Of a DNA stretch of 64,000 bases, positions 1 through 10,046 are shown in pieces. The translations under genes were made by a program, and so were the position numbers. Position 1 is the first letter of the stretch; each line of letters starts with the position of its first letter. Source of the DNA: Candidatus Eremiobacteria bacterium (GTDB taxonomy: Bacteria > Vulcanimicrobiota > Vulcanimicrobiia > Vulcanimicrobiales > Vulcanimicrobiaceae); NCBI GenBank assembly GCA_963737065.1, contig CAVTRC010000001.1:1472001-1536000 (forward strand), read 5' to 3'. Under the pieces are notes generated by a model. That model made no database searches. It was given only the letters and a program-made list of their open reading frames with translations, and was not told where the DNA came from.

Positions 1-1
1 C

Positions 2-265
2 CCCGCGGTGACACGTCGCGGACGCTATTGGGGCATCGCGCGCGGCAATCTTTCGACCGTACGGGTCGAGTACATTCCGCAAGACGCAAAAATCAAAGCT
101 GGTGACATCGTCGTCACGGGCGAAGGCCGTTCATTCCGCTCCGGCATTCCAATCGGCACGATTGCACGCGTCGAACGCGGCGATGCAACGCTCTATCAAA
201 CCGCAATTCTGCAACCGTCCGCTGATATCGGCTCCCTCGATCGCGTTGTCGTTGTCCCGAAATAG
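2..265 (+). CDS. mreC: Rod shape-determining protein MreC, C-terminal part (truncated by window edge)
   Basis: Motif IKAGDIVVTG...GIPIGTI...AILQPSADIGSLDRVVVV; lies directly upstream of mreD-mrdA. Confidence 0.9.
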   Translation, partial: PAVTRRGRYWGIARGNLSTVRVEYIPQDAKIKAGDIVVTGEGRSFRSGIPIGTIARVERGDATLYQTAILQPSADIGSLDRVVVVPK

Positions 266-773
266 GCTTCAACTTTCGCGTCCAATTGCTCCGACGTGGT
301 GGATTTCCGCGCTCTGGCTCATCGCGGCTGCACTGCTGCAGGTTACGCTCGTGCATCTTGCCGCATTTCGAAACGTTGTTCCGAGCATCGTCTTCGTTGC
401 CGTCGTGTGGTACGCAATCCGCGTCGATCTTTGGCAAGCTGCCGCATACGGGCTTGCGGGCGGATTGCTGGAAGATCTACTCGCTACGGGCACCGGAGCC
501 GCGTTTACTATCTCCACCGTAATCGGCGCAATTACCGCGCAAGTGATTTCGCGCGGATTTTTCGCCGATTCATTTCCACTCGTCGCGACGATCACGATAG
601 CCGCGACGTTCGCCCGTCAGTTAGTGTTTTGGGTCGTGTGGGGCTTCGAAGGCTATCCGCCGGGTCTGGCAACGATGCATTTTCACGAAGCGATCGTTCA
701 AGCCGCAATGAACGCCGCGGTCATGATGCTCGTTATGTTGGTCCTACGACGTTTTAGCGACGATTACGGATGA
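252..773 (+). CDS. mreD: Rod shape-determining protein MreD (start approximate)
   Basis: Hydrophobic multi-TM protein with GLAGGLLEDLL motif, between mreC and mrdA; TTG start at 252 chosen within ORF 102..773. Confidence 0.85.
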   Translation: MSRNRLQLSRPIAPTWWISALWLIAAALLQVTLVHLAAFRNVVPSIVFVAVVWYAIRVDLWQAAAYGLAGGLLEDLLATGTGAAFTISTVIGAITAQVISRGFFADSFPLVATITIAATFARQLVFWVVWGFEGYPPGLATMHFHEAIVQAAMNAAVMMLVMLVLRRFSDDYG

Positions 774-2641
774 TCGTCGACCGCCGGCGCGTACCGCGCA
801 TTTCATGGCAAAAATCGCCGTGGCGCATCGCGGGTTTTGCCACAATCGTCATCGCTGCGATCGTAGCGCTAATCGTTCGATTGGTTCAAGTCCAAGTGGT
901 GCAGGGCGAAGCGTTTCGCGCCGCGGCGCAAGCGAACCAGATTCGGTTGATCGAAGTCGCGGCGCCGCGCGGAATGATCCGCGACCGTAATGGCGACGTA
1001 ATGGTTCGCAGCCGTCCGTCGTTCGTCGTCGCGTTGATTCCTTCGGAAGTTACCGACGTCAAAGGCGATCTCCGTACGCTCGCTTCGATCCTCCGCGTTC
1101 CGGAATCGTCGCTGTGGCAACAGCTGCTTCATCATCACGGCGTCAATTACAAGAACTTCGACGAAGTTCAAGTCTACGAACCGTACGGTCCGGTCATCCT
1201 CGCCTCGGACTTGCCCGTCGCGAAAGTCGCGCGTCTATCGGAGCAAATGACCGACATGCCGGGCGTCGATCTCGAAGTGCAACCGATTCGCGATTATCCC
1301 AGAGGACCGGTCGGTGCAGCCGTCTTCGGCTACGTCGGCCAAATCACGGAAGCGGAATACACTAAGCGCAAAAACGAGGGCTACACGCCGAACGACGTTA
1401 TTGGTAAGGACGGGCTGGAGTGGGAGTACGACAAGTATCTGCGCGGCATTGCGGGCGGACAACAAGTCGTCGTCGATGCGCAAGGTCAAGTCGTGCCGAG
1501 CATCAAGCTGCCCTCGCGTCAAGCGACCCCAGGCGATACGCTCGTCACCACGATCGATTGGCGATTAGAACAGATCGTGCAACAAGCGCTCGTCGACGGC
1601 ATCCGTAAATGGGCCGGCAAGAAAAAACTCGCCGGGGGCGTCGTGGTCGAAGATCCGTGGACCGGCGGCATTCTTGCGATGGCGAGCGTGCCGCAATTCG
1701 ACCCGAACGACTTCGCTGCGGACAATTGGAAAAAAGTTTCGAAGTATCTGCTCGATCCCACCGATCCGTTGTTCAATAACGCAATCGGTGCAGCGACACC
1801 GACCGGTTCGACGTTCAAAATGGTAACGGGCAGCGGCGTCCTTACCGAAGGGCTCGTGAAGCCGCACGAAGTCGTCTACGACAGCGGCGCGTGGGACTGC
1901 GGCGGCTATATCGCGCGCGATATCGCGTCGGGCGGGCTCGGCAACACGACGTTCGTGCCGGCGCTCGCGGCGTCGTCCGACGGATTCTTCTACCAAATGG
2001 CGTGGCGCCTAGGACGCGTACGGCTAGAGAAGTGGGCGCGCCTTTTCGGACTAAGCTCGAAGACGGGAATCGATCTGCCGGGTGAAAACGCCGGCAACTG
2101 GCCGACGCCTGAATGGGAAATGAAGAATTTCGGCGTGCCCATGGAACCGAGCGAAGTGTGCATGCTCGGTATCGGCCAAGGCGCGATGCAAGCCACGCCG
2201 CTGCAGATGGTCAACATCGCATCCGCCGTCATCAACGGCGGCACGTTATGGCATCCGCATATCGCAAGCCGCATCATCGATCCGCACGGCAACGTCGTGA
2301 AGACGTTCTCGCCGCAAATCATTCGTCACATTCCCGCGAAGCAAGACGCGCTCAAATACGTGCGCGAAGGCATGGCGAAAGTAACCGATCCAGGCGGCAC
2401 CGCGTACGGCTGGAAAATCAAAGACTTGCCGTTCTCCGGCAAGACCGGTACAGCGGAAACGGGGAACGGCGCGGGCGCCAACACGACGTGGTTCATCGCC
2501 TGGGCGCCATCCGATCATCCGAAACTCGCGATGGCGGTCTTCGTCGACCGTTCCGGCGGTTACGGCGCGTCCGTCGCAGCGCCGATCGCACGCGACATTT
2601 TAGTGAAGTTCTTCAAGAAGTCGCCTGACATCATTCAGTAA
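770..2641 (+). CDS. mrdA: Penicillin-binding protein 2 (elongasome transpeptidase)
   Basis: N-terminal TM, APRGMIRDRNG, GKDGLE, catalytic STFK (SxxK), SSD and KTG motifs. Confidence 0.95.
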   Translation: MIVDRRRVPRISWQKSPWRIAGFATIVIAAIVALIVRLVQVQVVQGEAFRAAAQANQIRLIEVAAPRGMIRDRNGDVMVRSRPSFVVALIPSEVTDVKGDLRTLASILRVPESSLWQQLLHHHGVNYKNFDEVQVYEPYGPVILASDLPVAKVARLSEQMTDMPGVDLEVQPIRDYPRGPVGAAVFGYVGQITEAEYTKRKNEGYTPNDVIGKDGLEWEYDKYLRGIAGGQQVVVDAQGQVVPSIKLPSRQATPGDTLVTTIDWRLEQIVQQALVDGIRKWAGKKKLAGGVVVEDPWTGGILAMASVPQFDPNDFAADNWKKVSKYLLDPTDPLFNNAIGAATPTGSTFKMVTGSGVLTEGLVKPHEVVYDSGAWDCGGYIARDIASGGLGNTTFVPALAASSDGFFYQMAWRLGRVRLEKWARLFGLSSKTGIDLPGENAGNWPTPEWEMKNFGVPMEPSEVCMLGIGQGAMQATPLQMVNIASAVINGGTLWHPHIASRIIDPHGNVVKTFSPQIIRHIPAKQDALKYVREGMAKVTDPGGTAYGWKIKDLPFSGKTGTAETGNGAGANTTWFIAWAPSDHPKLAMAVFVDRSGGYGASVAAPIARDILVKFFKKSPDIIQ

Positions 2642-2657
2642 CGGCGACGCTCACTCG

Positions 2658-2978
2658 CTACGTCACGTGTGCTCTCGCCGCGATGACCATGAGGGCGGCG
2701 TCGGCCGCTTCGCGGACGGACTCGTCGGGATCGTCGCGGCGAAGTGTCCCGAGTTGATCGATACACCACGGTTCGCCGACCATCACCAGGCGTTCGACGA
2801 GGTCGAACCGGCCCGCGACGTCGAGTGACGGTTCCGTTTGCTCTTGCGGCTCCCGCGATGGTGCTTCGATCGCGTGCGTTGCTCGCCCGCGTCGCAGCAG
2901 CGCGCCGATGACGAAGAGCAGCGCGCCGATGACGAAGAGCGCTAAAAGAACGTTTGCGAGCGGGTTACTCGACAGCAA
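2658..2978 (-). CDS. Small membrane-anchored HEAT-repeat protein (paralog B'; start approximate)
   Basis: N-terminal TM (VLLALFVIGALLFVIGALL) then RRGR; C-terminal DDPDESVREAADAAL HEAT-like motif; overlaps the stop of the upstream large gene. Confidence 0.7.
   Translation of the reverse strand: MLSSNPLANVLLALFVIGALLFVIGALLRRGRATHAIEAPSREPQEQTEPSLDVAGRFDLVERLVMVGEPWCIDQLGTLRRDDPDESVREAADAALMVIAARAHVT
2897..2940. repeat. Perfect in-frame 21-bp tandem duplication (GCAGCGCGCCGATGACGAAGA x2)
   Basis: Copies at 2897-2917 and 2918-2938; encodes LFVIGAL twice in the TM helix. Confidence 0.9.
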
Positions 2979-5900
2979 TGTGCGCTGCACCGCGCAGCGC
3001 TTCCATAACGTCCGCAAGCCCGTCGTCGAGCGTACGGTTGACGCTGGAGGTCAATACGCGATGGAACTCTTCGATCGGCAGCTCGTTGAGGACGGTCAAG
3101 ACGTTGAGCAGCTCGGCTCGGTAGTGCTCGAGGCCGTCGACTCGGTTTTCGTCGTTAAAAATCGTCGTGCCGAGCAGCTGCGCGTTGATCAACCACGGTG
3201 CAACTCCACCGACGGGTACAACTTCGAGTTCGGGCAGTAACGCGCGAACGACATCAAGTTCGACGCTGCCCTCGACGCGAATCACGCCGTCCGGCGGGCT
3301 CTTCGGACGCCCGGTCGGCGCAAACGCGAGATCGTTCACTAGATTCACGAGAGCGTCGCGGCTTTCACGATCTTCGAGATCCTTGCCGGTGATCTGCAGT
3401 CGCGGCATGCGTAAACGCACGAAGAGTTTCTCGAGCGGCGCACGCAGCGCGCGACTCGCGGATGCGAAGGTTGCCGTGAGTTGCGGCGAACCGTCGGCGA
3501 CCGATTCCGGAAACAGCATCCGCATCGCGAAGAGATGCTGGATCAAGCCGCCTGCAGAATCACTGCGCTCCAGCATGCGTAGCGTATGGCCCAGACGCTC
3601 CGGCGTGAAATCGACGTATAGCACCGGCGTCGAAAAATCTTCGTGGAGCGCCGCAGCGGGCGCGACCAGTGCTTCGGTTTGCGCAGCGACGATCTCGGCG
3701 ATCGCGCGCGGCGGCTCCGATTCGACGATTTCCGGGTGCGGTTGTCGCTGCGGTTCTGCTTCGGGCGGTGGCGGCGGTTCGTACGCCGGTGCTTCAGCGG
3801 GAAAGATGCGCGCAATCGAAAGCGCACTGCCGGCAACGGATTCGCTGAGCGAGGGCTGCGCTTGGACGCGAACCGTCGGCGCGGCGATGGCAAACGTCGT
3901 CCCTTCGCCCCATTCGAAAACGGCCCGCGTGTCGAGCGGTGTTCCCGCGGCGAGCGGCGACATCACCATCATTTCCCAGCGAACGCGCAATTCGACCTGC
4001 GGATTCAGATCGGCGAGCACCAGACCCCGTGCGGACCACAATTGCGACGCACCGGCATCGTCGTTGACCGGCATGCCGTTGATCGTCGTGGACGACGGAA
4101 CGTACACCGCGAGATTCGTCGGAACAACGCGAATCGCCAACCGTTCCGCCGGACCGTCTCCCTCGTTGCGCAGGCGCACTTCGTAATACAGCCGTTCGCC
4201 GGCGTCGACCACTTCCGCCGGAATCGCGAACAACTGCGCGCTTTGCGCGAAGTGTGCTTCCGAATGCGTTGCAATATCGAGCGATGGAAACGGCACGGGG
4301 CTGATGCCTTTGGCGTGCAGCCATCCCTCGAGCGCCAGCGAGCGATTTCCACTAATCGCGCGCAACAATCGCAGTGTCACGCGGGCGGTGTGCGTGTTTT
4401 CGGCAGCGATATCGGCAAATGCAAGACCGTCCCGGTCGCGGCGCGCATCGACCGCGCGCTCGACAACGAGTTCGGGCGGCAGCGAGAGCGACAAACGTGC
4501 ATCGCGTAGAATATCCGAACCGCTGTTATGTACGCGAACGACGAGATCGACGGTGCGATTCGGACGCAGCGGTTCATGCGATTCCAGTTCCCACTCGACG
4601 CGATCGACGCTCGCGCGCGAACGCACGACGATCGATGCCGTGCCGAGATCGACCGCGCCGTCCGCGTGCTCTAACACAACCCCGAGCGATGCGGTCGAGC
4701 GATCGGGTACGCGCGACGCGATCGATGCATGCACCGTGAAGATTCGCTCCTGATGAGGCACCACAACCCCGAGTTCGACGGGGCCGGCATACAGGGACGG
4801 TTCAGCACCGCCTTCACTGACCCGAACGTCGGTGAGATACAGGCCCGGAACGAGACGCAAGCGAACGTCAGATTCCGCCGCCGTTCCGTCGTTGTAGACG
4901 TGAACGTCGAACGTGACCTCGTTGCGCGCGTGCGCGACGCTGTGATTTGCCTCAACGAAATTGCGCGCGCGGCTGAAACGCGGGGACACGCGCACTGCCA
5001 AACGCCGGCTGAACGAACGCTCACCGTTTTTCCAGCGCAACGATGCATCGATCGGCAGCACCGTTTTTCCGGCAGCGGGCACGGCAACAGTTGCGGCGAT
5101 GCCGACTTCCACCATTCGTCCAGCGGGAAGCGAGCCGAGCGAAAACGTGAGATCCGGAATCGAATCGTCGCTCACCGGCTGCGCGTCCATGTGCGCGGAA
5201 CCGGGCGCATACATCAGTCCGGCAGGCAGGACAAACGACACCTGCACGCGTTGCGCAATGCCGGTCCCATTATTCACCGCGCGTAGAATCATTGGAACTT
5301 GCATGCCGGGCGTCACTGCATCATCGCACAGGACGCTGAATGCAGTGTCTTCGCCGTCGAAATCAACCGGCGATACGACGACGATCTCGGCCGATGCGAT
5401 AGCAAATTCGGCCGATTCACGTGAACCGGCGGTCCCGGAAATTTTGATTCGTGTGCCGTCCGCGAGCGGTGAGTCAATCTGCGCCTGATATTCGACGAGC
5501 ACCGATTGTCCCGGCGAGAGACGCTCGCTGACGACGGTCGCGCTGTCGTAGTCAAACGCTTCGCCTTCGATGCCCGCGATGAGACGGCCGTCCACGCGCG
5601 CGCTACGCGCAATGTACGTCGTATGTTCGGGGGCGGGAAGAATCACCACGACATCGTGCGCGCTCGACGCGCCGCTGTTGCGAACGGTGGCGCGAATCGA
5701 AATGACATCGCCGGGATGGGGCTGCGCCGGCGCCGATAACGTCACGAGCGTCGACGCGTTGTGCAGTTCCGGACGGCTGCGTACCGCGACGCGGGCGATG
5801 TTCGACCCGACGAGCTCCGTTTGATCGGTGACGAGCGCTGCTTGGAACATCAGTTCGCTCGCGTCTTCGATGATGTCGTTGACGCGGAACGTGCACGTGA

Positions 5901-6210
5901 CGCGGCGCTGCGCGTTTGATTCGAGATCTGCAACTGGCGCGCCGTTGGGATCGATGAAACTCGCGTCGCTTTCCAGCGGCGCGTCGTCGACGAGATCGCC
6001 GCCGGCAACGTGCTCGCAGCCTTGCGGATGCGCAAAGCGCACGCGAAGGCCGGTCGCCGCCGCACCGCCAAGATTCGAAAAACTGAACGTCGCGCGAATC
6101 GTTTCCCCGGGAAGAACCGTGCGCGTGGGATCCAGCGCCAACGTCCGAAGGCTCTCGATCAAAGCCGGAGAGCCCGGGGCAAAAATGCCGGTCAACGACG
6201 TTGACGCCAC
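2965..6210 (-). CDS. Large protein with six DUF11-like Ig repeats, Pro/Glu linker and helical C-terminal domain (paralog B)
   Basis: Six repeats of P-G-x-x-(V/I)...N-x-G-x-x-x-A...P...Y..(G/S)S..(V/I)(D/N)G; no signal peptide or TM visible. Confidence 0.8.
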   Translation of the reverse strand: MASTSLTGIFAPGSPALIESLRTLALDPTRTVLPGETIRATFSFSNLGGAAATGLRVRFAHPQGCEHVAGGDLVDDAPLESDASFIDPNGAPVADLESNAQRRVTCTFRVNDIIEDASELMFQAALVTDQTELVGSNIARVAVRSRPELHNASTLVTLSAPAQPHPGDVISIRATVRNSGASSAHDVVVILPAPEHTTYIARSARVDGRLIAGIEGEAFDYDSATVVSERLSPGQSVLVEYQAQIDSPLADGTRIKISGTAGSRESAEFAIASAEIVVVSPVDFDGEDTAFSVLCDDAVTPGMQVPMILRAVNNGTGIAQRVQVSFVLPAGLMYAPGSAHMDAQPVSDDSIPDLTFSLGSLPAGRMVEVGIAATVAVPAAGKTVLPIDASLRWKNGERSFSRRLAVRVSPRFSRARNFVEANHSVAHARNEVTFDVHVYNDGTAAESDVRLRLVPGLYLTDVRVSEGGAEPSLYAGPVELGVVVPHQERIFTVHASIASRVPDRSTASLGVVLEHADGAVDLGTASIVVRSRASVDRVEWELESHEPLRPNRTVDLVVRVHNSGSDILRDARLSLSLPPELVVERAVDARRDRDGLAFADIAAENTHTARVTLRLLRAISGNRSLALEGWLHAKGISPVPFPSLDIATHSEAHFAQSAQLFAIPAEVVDAGERLYYEVRLRNEGDGPAERLAIRVVPTNLAVYVPSSTTINGMPVNDDAGASQLWSARGLVLADLNPQVELRVRWEMMVMSPLAAGTPLDTRAVFEWGEGTTFAIAAPTVRVQAQPSLSESVAGSALSIARIFPAEAPAYEPPPPPEAEPQRQPHPEIVESEPPRAIAEIVAAQTEALVAPAAALHEDFSTPVLYVDFTPERLGHTLRMLERSDSAGGLIQHLFAMRMLFPESVADGSPQLTATFASASRALRAPLEKLFVRLRMPRLQITGKDLEDRESRDALVNLVNDLAFAPTGRPKSPPDGVIRVEGSVELDVVRALLPELEVVPVGGVAPWLINAQLLGTTIFNDENRVDGLEHYRAELLNVLTVLNELPIEEFHRVLTSSVNRTLDDGLADVMEALRGAAHIAVE

Positions 6211-6259
6211 AAGCGTGTCTTTCCCTTCAACGAGAGTTGCGACCTATGGTAGCGCGCGC

Positions 6260-6667
6260 CTAGTCCGTACGTTGCGAGTCGAGCAGCAAGAGTGTCTGCG
6301 CGATCCGGTCGGCACGCAGGCCCGGGTGTTCGGCGAGAAACGATTCAACGCTGCGACGCCGGCCGCTCGAGATCAGCACGTGTGCAGCGGCCAGTGACAC
6401 CGCTTCCGCAGGATCGTTCAACGCGTGTTCGAGCAGCTGCTGAGACCGTTCGTCTTCGAGCGCCGCGACGGCAAAGACCAAGTCGCAACGGGCCGATTCG
6501 GAAAGCCCGGCGAACTCGTCGCCCGCTTCGTTCGTCCAATCGGTCGTCGCATACACCGGCTCTTCCGATCGCTGCACCGGTACACGCTCGGGCCGCCGGG
6601 GCGCCATCCATGCGTACACGCCGATTGCGGCGCCCGCGATGATGATAAGGATAACGGCGACGGTCAC
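6260..6667 (-). CDS. Small membrane-anchored HEAT-repeat protein (paralog A')
   Basis: GTG start 10 nt after the upstream stop; TM VAVILIIIAGAAIGVYAWM then PRRPER; HEAT-like ALNDPAEAVSLAAAHVL. Confidence 0.75.
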   Translation of the reverse strand: MTVAVILIIIAGAAIGVYAWMAPRRPERVPVQRSEEPVYATTDWTNEAGDEFAGLSESARCDLVFAVAALEDERSQQLLEHALNDPAEAVSLAAAHVLISSGRRRSVESFLAEHPGLRADRIAQTLLLLDSQRTD

Positions 6668-6677
6668 GAGCGTGAAC

Positions 6678-9600
6678 CTACACCGCGTGTGCGTGGAGCG
6701 ACGTGCGCACGACGTCGAGTGCGGCATCGAGCGCGATATCTCGCCGGCGCTGCAGCGCGTCGAGGAATTCGGCCGCATCCGTTTCCGCAAACGCGTCCAA
6801 CCGTTCGACCAGCATCGCGCGATAGTGCGCGAGCTGCGGCGTTCCATCGGGCAACAGCCGCGCAGCGATCGCCCATGGCAATGCCGATGCAAGTTCCGCG
6901 TCGGCGAGACGCTCGCTCATCTCCGCGATCTCCGAGGGATCGAACGCACCGCGCAGCACGACGTTGACGTTCGGCGTCTCCGCCGGCACACCGCGCGCGC
7001 CCGCAATCTCGTGCAGAAGTCGCTCGATCGTCGCTCGCATCGATGGCGTTTCGATGTCGCGGGCAGCGATGACGTAATTCGGCAAGCGCAGCTTGATGAA
7101 CAGACGATCGAGTTCCTCGCGCAGTACGTCGCGCATTGATGTTACGGACGTGATGTGCGTATCGCCGATTGCTTCGGGGAAGAAGGCGCGCAACGCGAAG
7201 AGATGGGTGATCAACCCGTCGAAGCGCGCTTCATCTAAGAAGCGAAGAATACGCGCGTGCCGGTCGGCGGTAAACGTCACCGCGACCCCGACGCCACCCT
7301 CTGCCGCGAGCGACCCTTCGACGACTCCCAATTCAAACGCGTCGGTGCCGGCGATCTCGTCTTGCACGCCGTTGCTCGCGGCGAGCGCCGGATACTCATT
7401 GTGCGCGAGCCAGCCGCGCGTCCCGTGCCCGTTGTGCGCGTCGCCGTTGACGGGCGTCGCGGGCGGAAGTTCCATGAAGCGCTCTTCGGTCAGTGCCCGC
7501 TGCGTCGCTCCGCCGAACGCCGGTCCGAGCATACCGTCCAAGCCGAACGGCAACCCCGGAATAGCATTTGCGAAGACGGGCGTCGCGCGCACCTTCAGTT
7601 CGTTCGATAGGATTTCGTCGTCGCGGTCGCCGTCGTAGCGGATGTTCGCGATACGAACGATCGCCTCGCCCGCCGGCAACTGGTTGTGCACGACATCACG
7701 GAAACGAATCGTTGCATCGACGCCGGGATCGACGTCGTTGAGCACGATGCCGCGCCCGCTCGCAAGCGCGGAGAGCGCTCCGACGTCGCGGATCGGCACG
7801 TCGTTGACCGTCGTGGAGTTCGGAACGTAAATGAGTTTGTCCGGCTGGCTGCAGAGGATTTGCACGCGGCGCGCCGGACCGTCGCCGCCGTTGCGGACGT
7901 GTAGCGCCCATTCGATCGTTTCACCCGCGTCGACCATATCCAACGGTTCGCTGCGCAGCGTGCCGACCGAGAAATCCGGCTCGGCCGTCGTAACGATCGT
8001 CAGCCGTTCGAGCGGCAGCGGCAACATCGCATCGGACGTCAAGACTGCATCCACGGTGACCGGAAACTCTCTCGCGAGACTGCGTAGCAAACGCAATCCG
8101 AGCCGAGCTTCCGCAGTGGCGCCCGGCGGAATCTCACCGAAGACGAGTTTCGACTTTTCGCGCGTCGCGCCGTCGACCGTCTCCAGCCGCGCTTCCGGCG
8201 AAACGTACAGACGCACGCGGACATTGTGCGCAACGTCAGTGCCGACGTTTGTCACACGAACGGCAACGTCGGCAAGCTGATTCGGACGCAACAGCTCTTC
8301 GCTTTCGAGTTGCAGATGTGACGTCAGCCGCGAGAACGCGGGATGGGAATCCACGCGCCAGAGCACATCGCCGAGCGGCGTTTCGCCGAGTTCACGTGAA
8401 TGGAGGCTTGCCCCGAGGCGCAATTCGCTGCGATCCGCATACGGCGTGCGCACGCGCGCGCGCACGTGAAACTTCCGCGTCGTGTACGGTTCGAGTGTTC
8501 CGATCTCGCCGGCATCGCCGTCGAGTGCGACCCGAGAAGCTTTTTCAGTTACCCGAATTTCATCGAGCGCCGAATCAACCCGCAGGTGCAGCACGCAATC
8601 GGTCGCCGGAGCACTGCCGTCGTTCGCAACGGCGATCGTTGCCTCCACTTCTTCGGCGGGACGCACGACGGCGGCGCCGACGCGTGCAATCGTGTTGCGG
8701 CGCGGTGCGAGCGACGGTTGCGAGTGCACGACGACGGTGCGTTCGAAACGGCGCTGCGATACCTCGGCCGATGGCTCCCACTCGACGTTCGCAGCGATCG
8801 CGAGCGCTGCGCCGTCGGCAAGCGGCGATGTGACGATCGCTTCACAGTGCAGGTCGACACGTTCATCCGCATCGATCCGCCCGAGTTCAAAAACGAGTCC
8901 GTCTTTTTTCTTCGCTTCGCGCAGCGGGCGCCCGTCGATTTGTGTTGCGCCGCGAACGGGAATCAGCGTATCCGGTAGTTCGATCGTCGCAACGACGCCT
9001 TCGGCCGCGGCCGACCCGGCGTTGTGTGCGCAAAGCGCGAGCGTTACGCGTTGTCCCGGGCGAACATCGTGCGTCGGCTCGACGGTAAATGACGTGCCGT
9101 CGCCGTCGAAGTGCGGCGCGGCACGGACGACGAGCGATGCGGGCTGCAGCTCGAATGCGGCGGTCTCTTGTGACGCGACCGATGCACGCGCGGAGATCAC
9201 GGTTCCGTCGTCGAGCGGTGAATCGATGCGCACGCGATAGACGAGCGTGGTGCTGCCGCTTGCAGGCAGCGCGGTCGTGACGATCGGCGCATACACGCGA
9301 TCGAACGGTAAGCCGAGATCGCGTTCGACCTCGCGTCCATTGACGCGGACCGAGCCGGGCACGTAGCTCGTATGTTCCGGAACCGGCGCAACGACCACGA
9401 CGTCGCGCGCGCTCGATTCACCCGCATTGTGCAACCGAACGGTGATGTGCGCTTCCGTTCCGGGCAGCGGTTCGGAACGCGCTTCGATTGCAACACTGGT
9501 CAGCGCATTTTCCAGCTGCGGCCGGCTGCGCGCAATCAGGCGCACGATGTTCGAGCCGACCGGCGCGACTTCGAAGGAAGCCACCGCGGCCTGCAGTTCG

Positions 9601-9962
9601 ATCGTCGTTCCGTTTTCGATTGCACCCGCTACGCTGTATGCAATTTCAAGGCGGCGTTCTTCGCCGGGACCGACGTCCCCGATGTGCGCACCCGCTCGCG
9701 CGAGCAGCGGCGAATTGCCCTGTTCGTCGTCGAGATCCGCGCCGTCGAGTTGCCCGGTACTGACGAGATACACGAGTCCGTCGGGTAAATTAAAACGCAC
9801 GCGGACACCGGTTGCGAGCGCTCCGCCTTGATTGCGAAACGTAAATGCAGCACGCACCGTCATTCCAGGTTCCAACTCGCGGTCGGGCGAAACGACGAGC
9901 GTTCGGAGACCTTCCGGTAACGTCGGAGCTCCTGGCGCAAAAACTTCGGAGAGCGTGCGCAT
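6678..9962 (-). CDS. Large protein with six DUF11-like Ig repeats and helical C-terminal domain (paralog A)
   Basis: ATG at 9962 (MRTLSEVFAPGAP) aligns with the N-terminus of the paralog (LTGIFAPGSP); six N-x-G Ig repeats; no signal peptide. Confidence 0.8.
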   Translation of the reverse strand: MRTLSEVFAPGAPTLPEGLRTLVVSPDRELEPGMTVRAAFTFRNQGGALATGVRVRFNLPDGLVYLVSTGQLDGADLDDEQGNSPLLARAGAHIGDVGPGEERRLEIAYSVAGAIENGTTIELQAAVASFEVAPVGSNIVRLIARSRPQLENALTSVAIEARSEPLPGTEAHITVRLHNAGESSARDVVVVAPVPEHTSYVPGSVRVNGREVERDLGLPFDRVYAPIVTTALPASGSTTLVYRVRIDSPLDDGTVISARASVASQETAAFELQPASLVVRAAPHFDGDGTSFTVEPTHDVRPGQRVTLALCAHNAGSAAAEGVVATIELPDTLIPVRGATQIDGRPLREAKKKDGLVFELGRIDADERVDLHCEAIVTSPLADGAALAIAANVEWEPSAEVSQRRFERTVVVHSQPSLAPRRNTIARVGAAVVRPAEEVEATIAVANDGSAPATDCVLHLRVDSALDEIRVTEKASRVALDGDAGEIGTLEPYTTRKFHVRARVRTPYADRSELRLGASLHSRELGETPLGDVLWRVDSHPAFSRLTSHLQLESEELLRPNQLADVAVRVTNVGTDVAHNVRVRLYVSPEARLETVDGATREKSKLVFGEIPPGATAEARLGLRLLRSLAREFPVTVDAVLTSDAMLPLPLERLTIVTTAEPDFSVGTLRSEPLDMVDAGETIEWALHVRNGGDGPARRVQILCSQPDKLIYVPNSTTVNDVPIRDVGALSALASGRGIVLNDVDPGVDATIRFRDVVHNQLPAGEAIVRIANIRYDGDRDDEILSNELKVRATPVFANAIPGLPFGLDGMLGPAFGGATQRALTEERFMELPPATPVNGDAHNGHGTRGWLAHNEYPALAASNGVQDEIAGTDAFELGVVEGSLAAEGGVGVAVTFTADRHARILRFLDEARFDGLITHLFALRAFFPEAIGDTHITSVTSMRDVLREELDRLFIKLRLPNYVIAARDIETPSMRATIERLLHEIAGARGVPAETPNVNVVLRGAFDPSEIAEMSERLADAELASALPWAIAARLLPDGTPQLAHYRAMLVERLDAFAETDAAEFLDALQRRRDIALDAALDVVRTSLHAHAV

Positions 9963-10046
9963 GACGCGAGACGCTTCGACAGGCGCAGGGCGCCCCCTTG
10001 ATTCGCTTACATTGAGTTTGTCTAAATTTTGAAAGGCTTTGAGTCG

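Noticed and set aside
5413..5428. parS-like cores inside genes (also near 8388-8403 and 19356-19371)
   Set aside because: At most 12/16 matches and explainable by coding sequence
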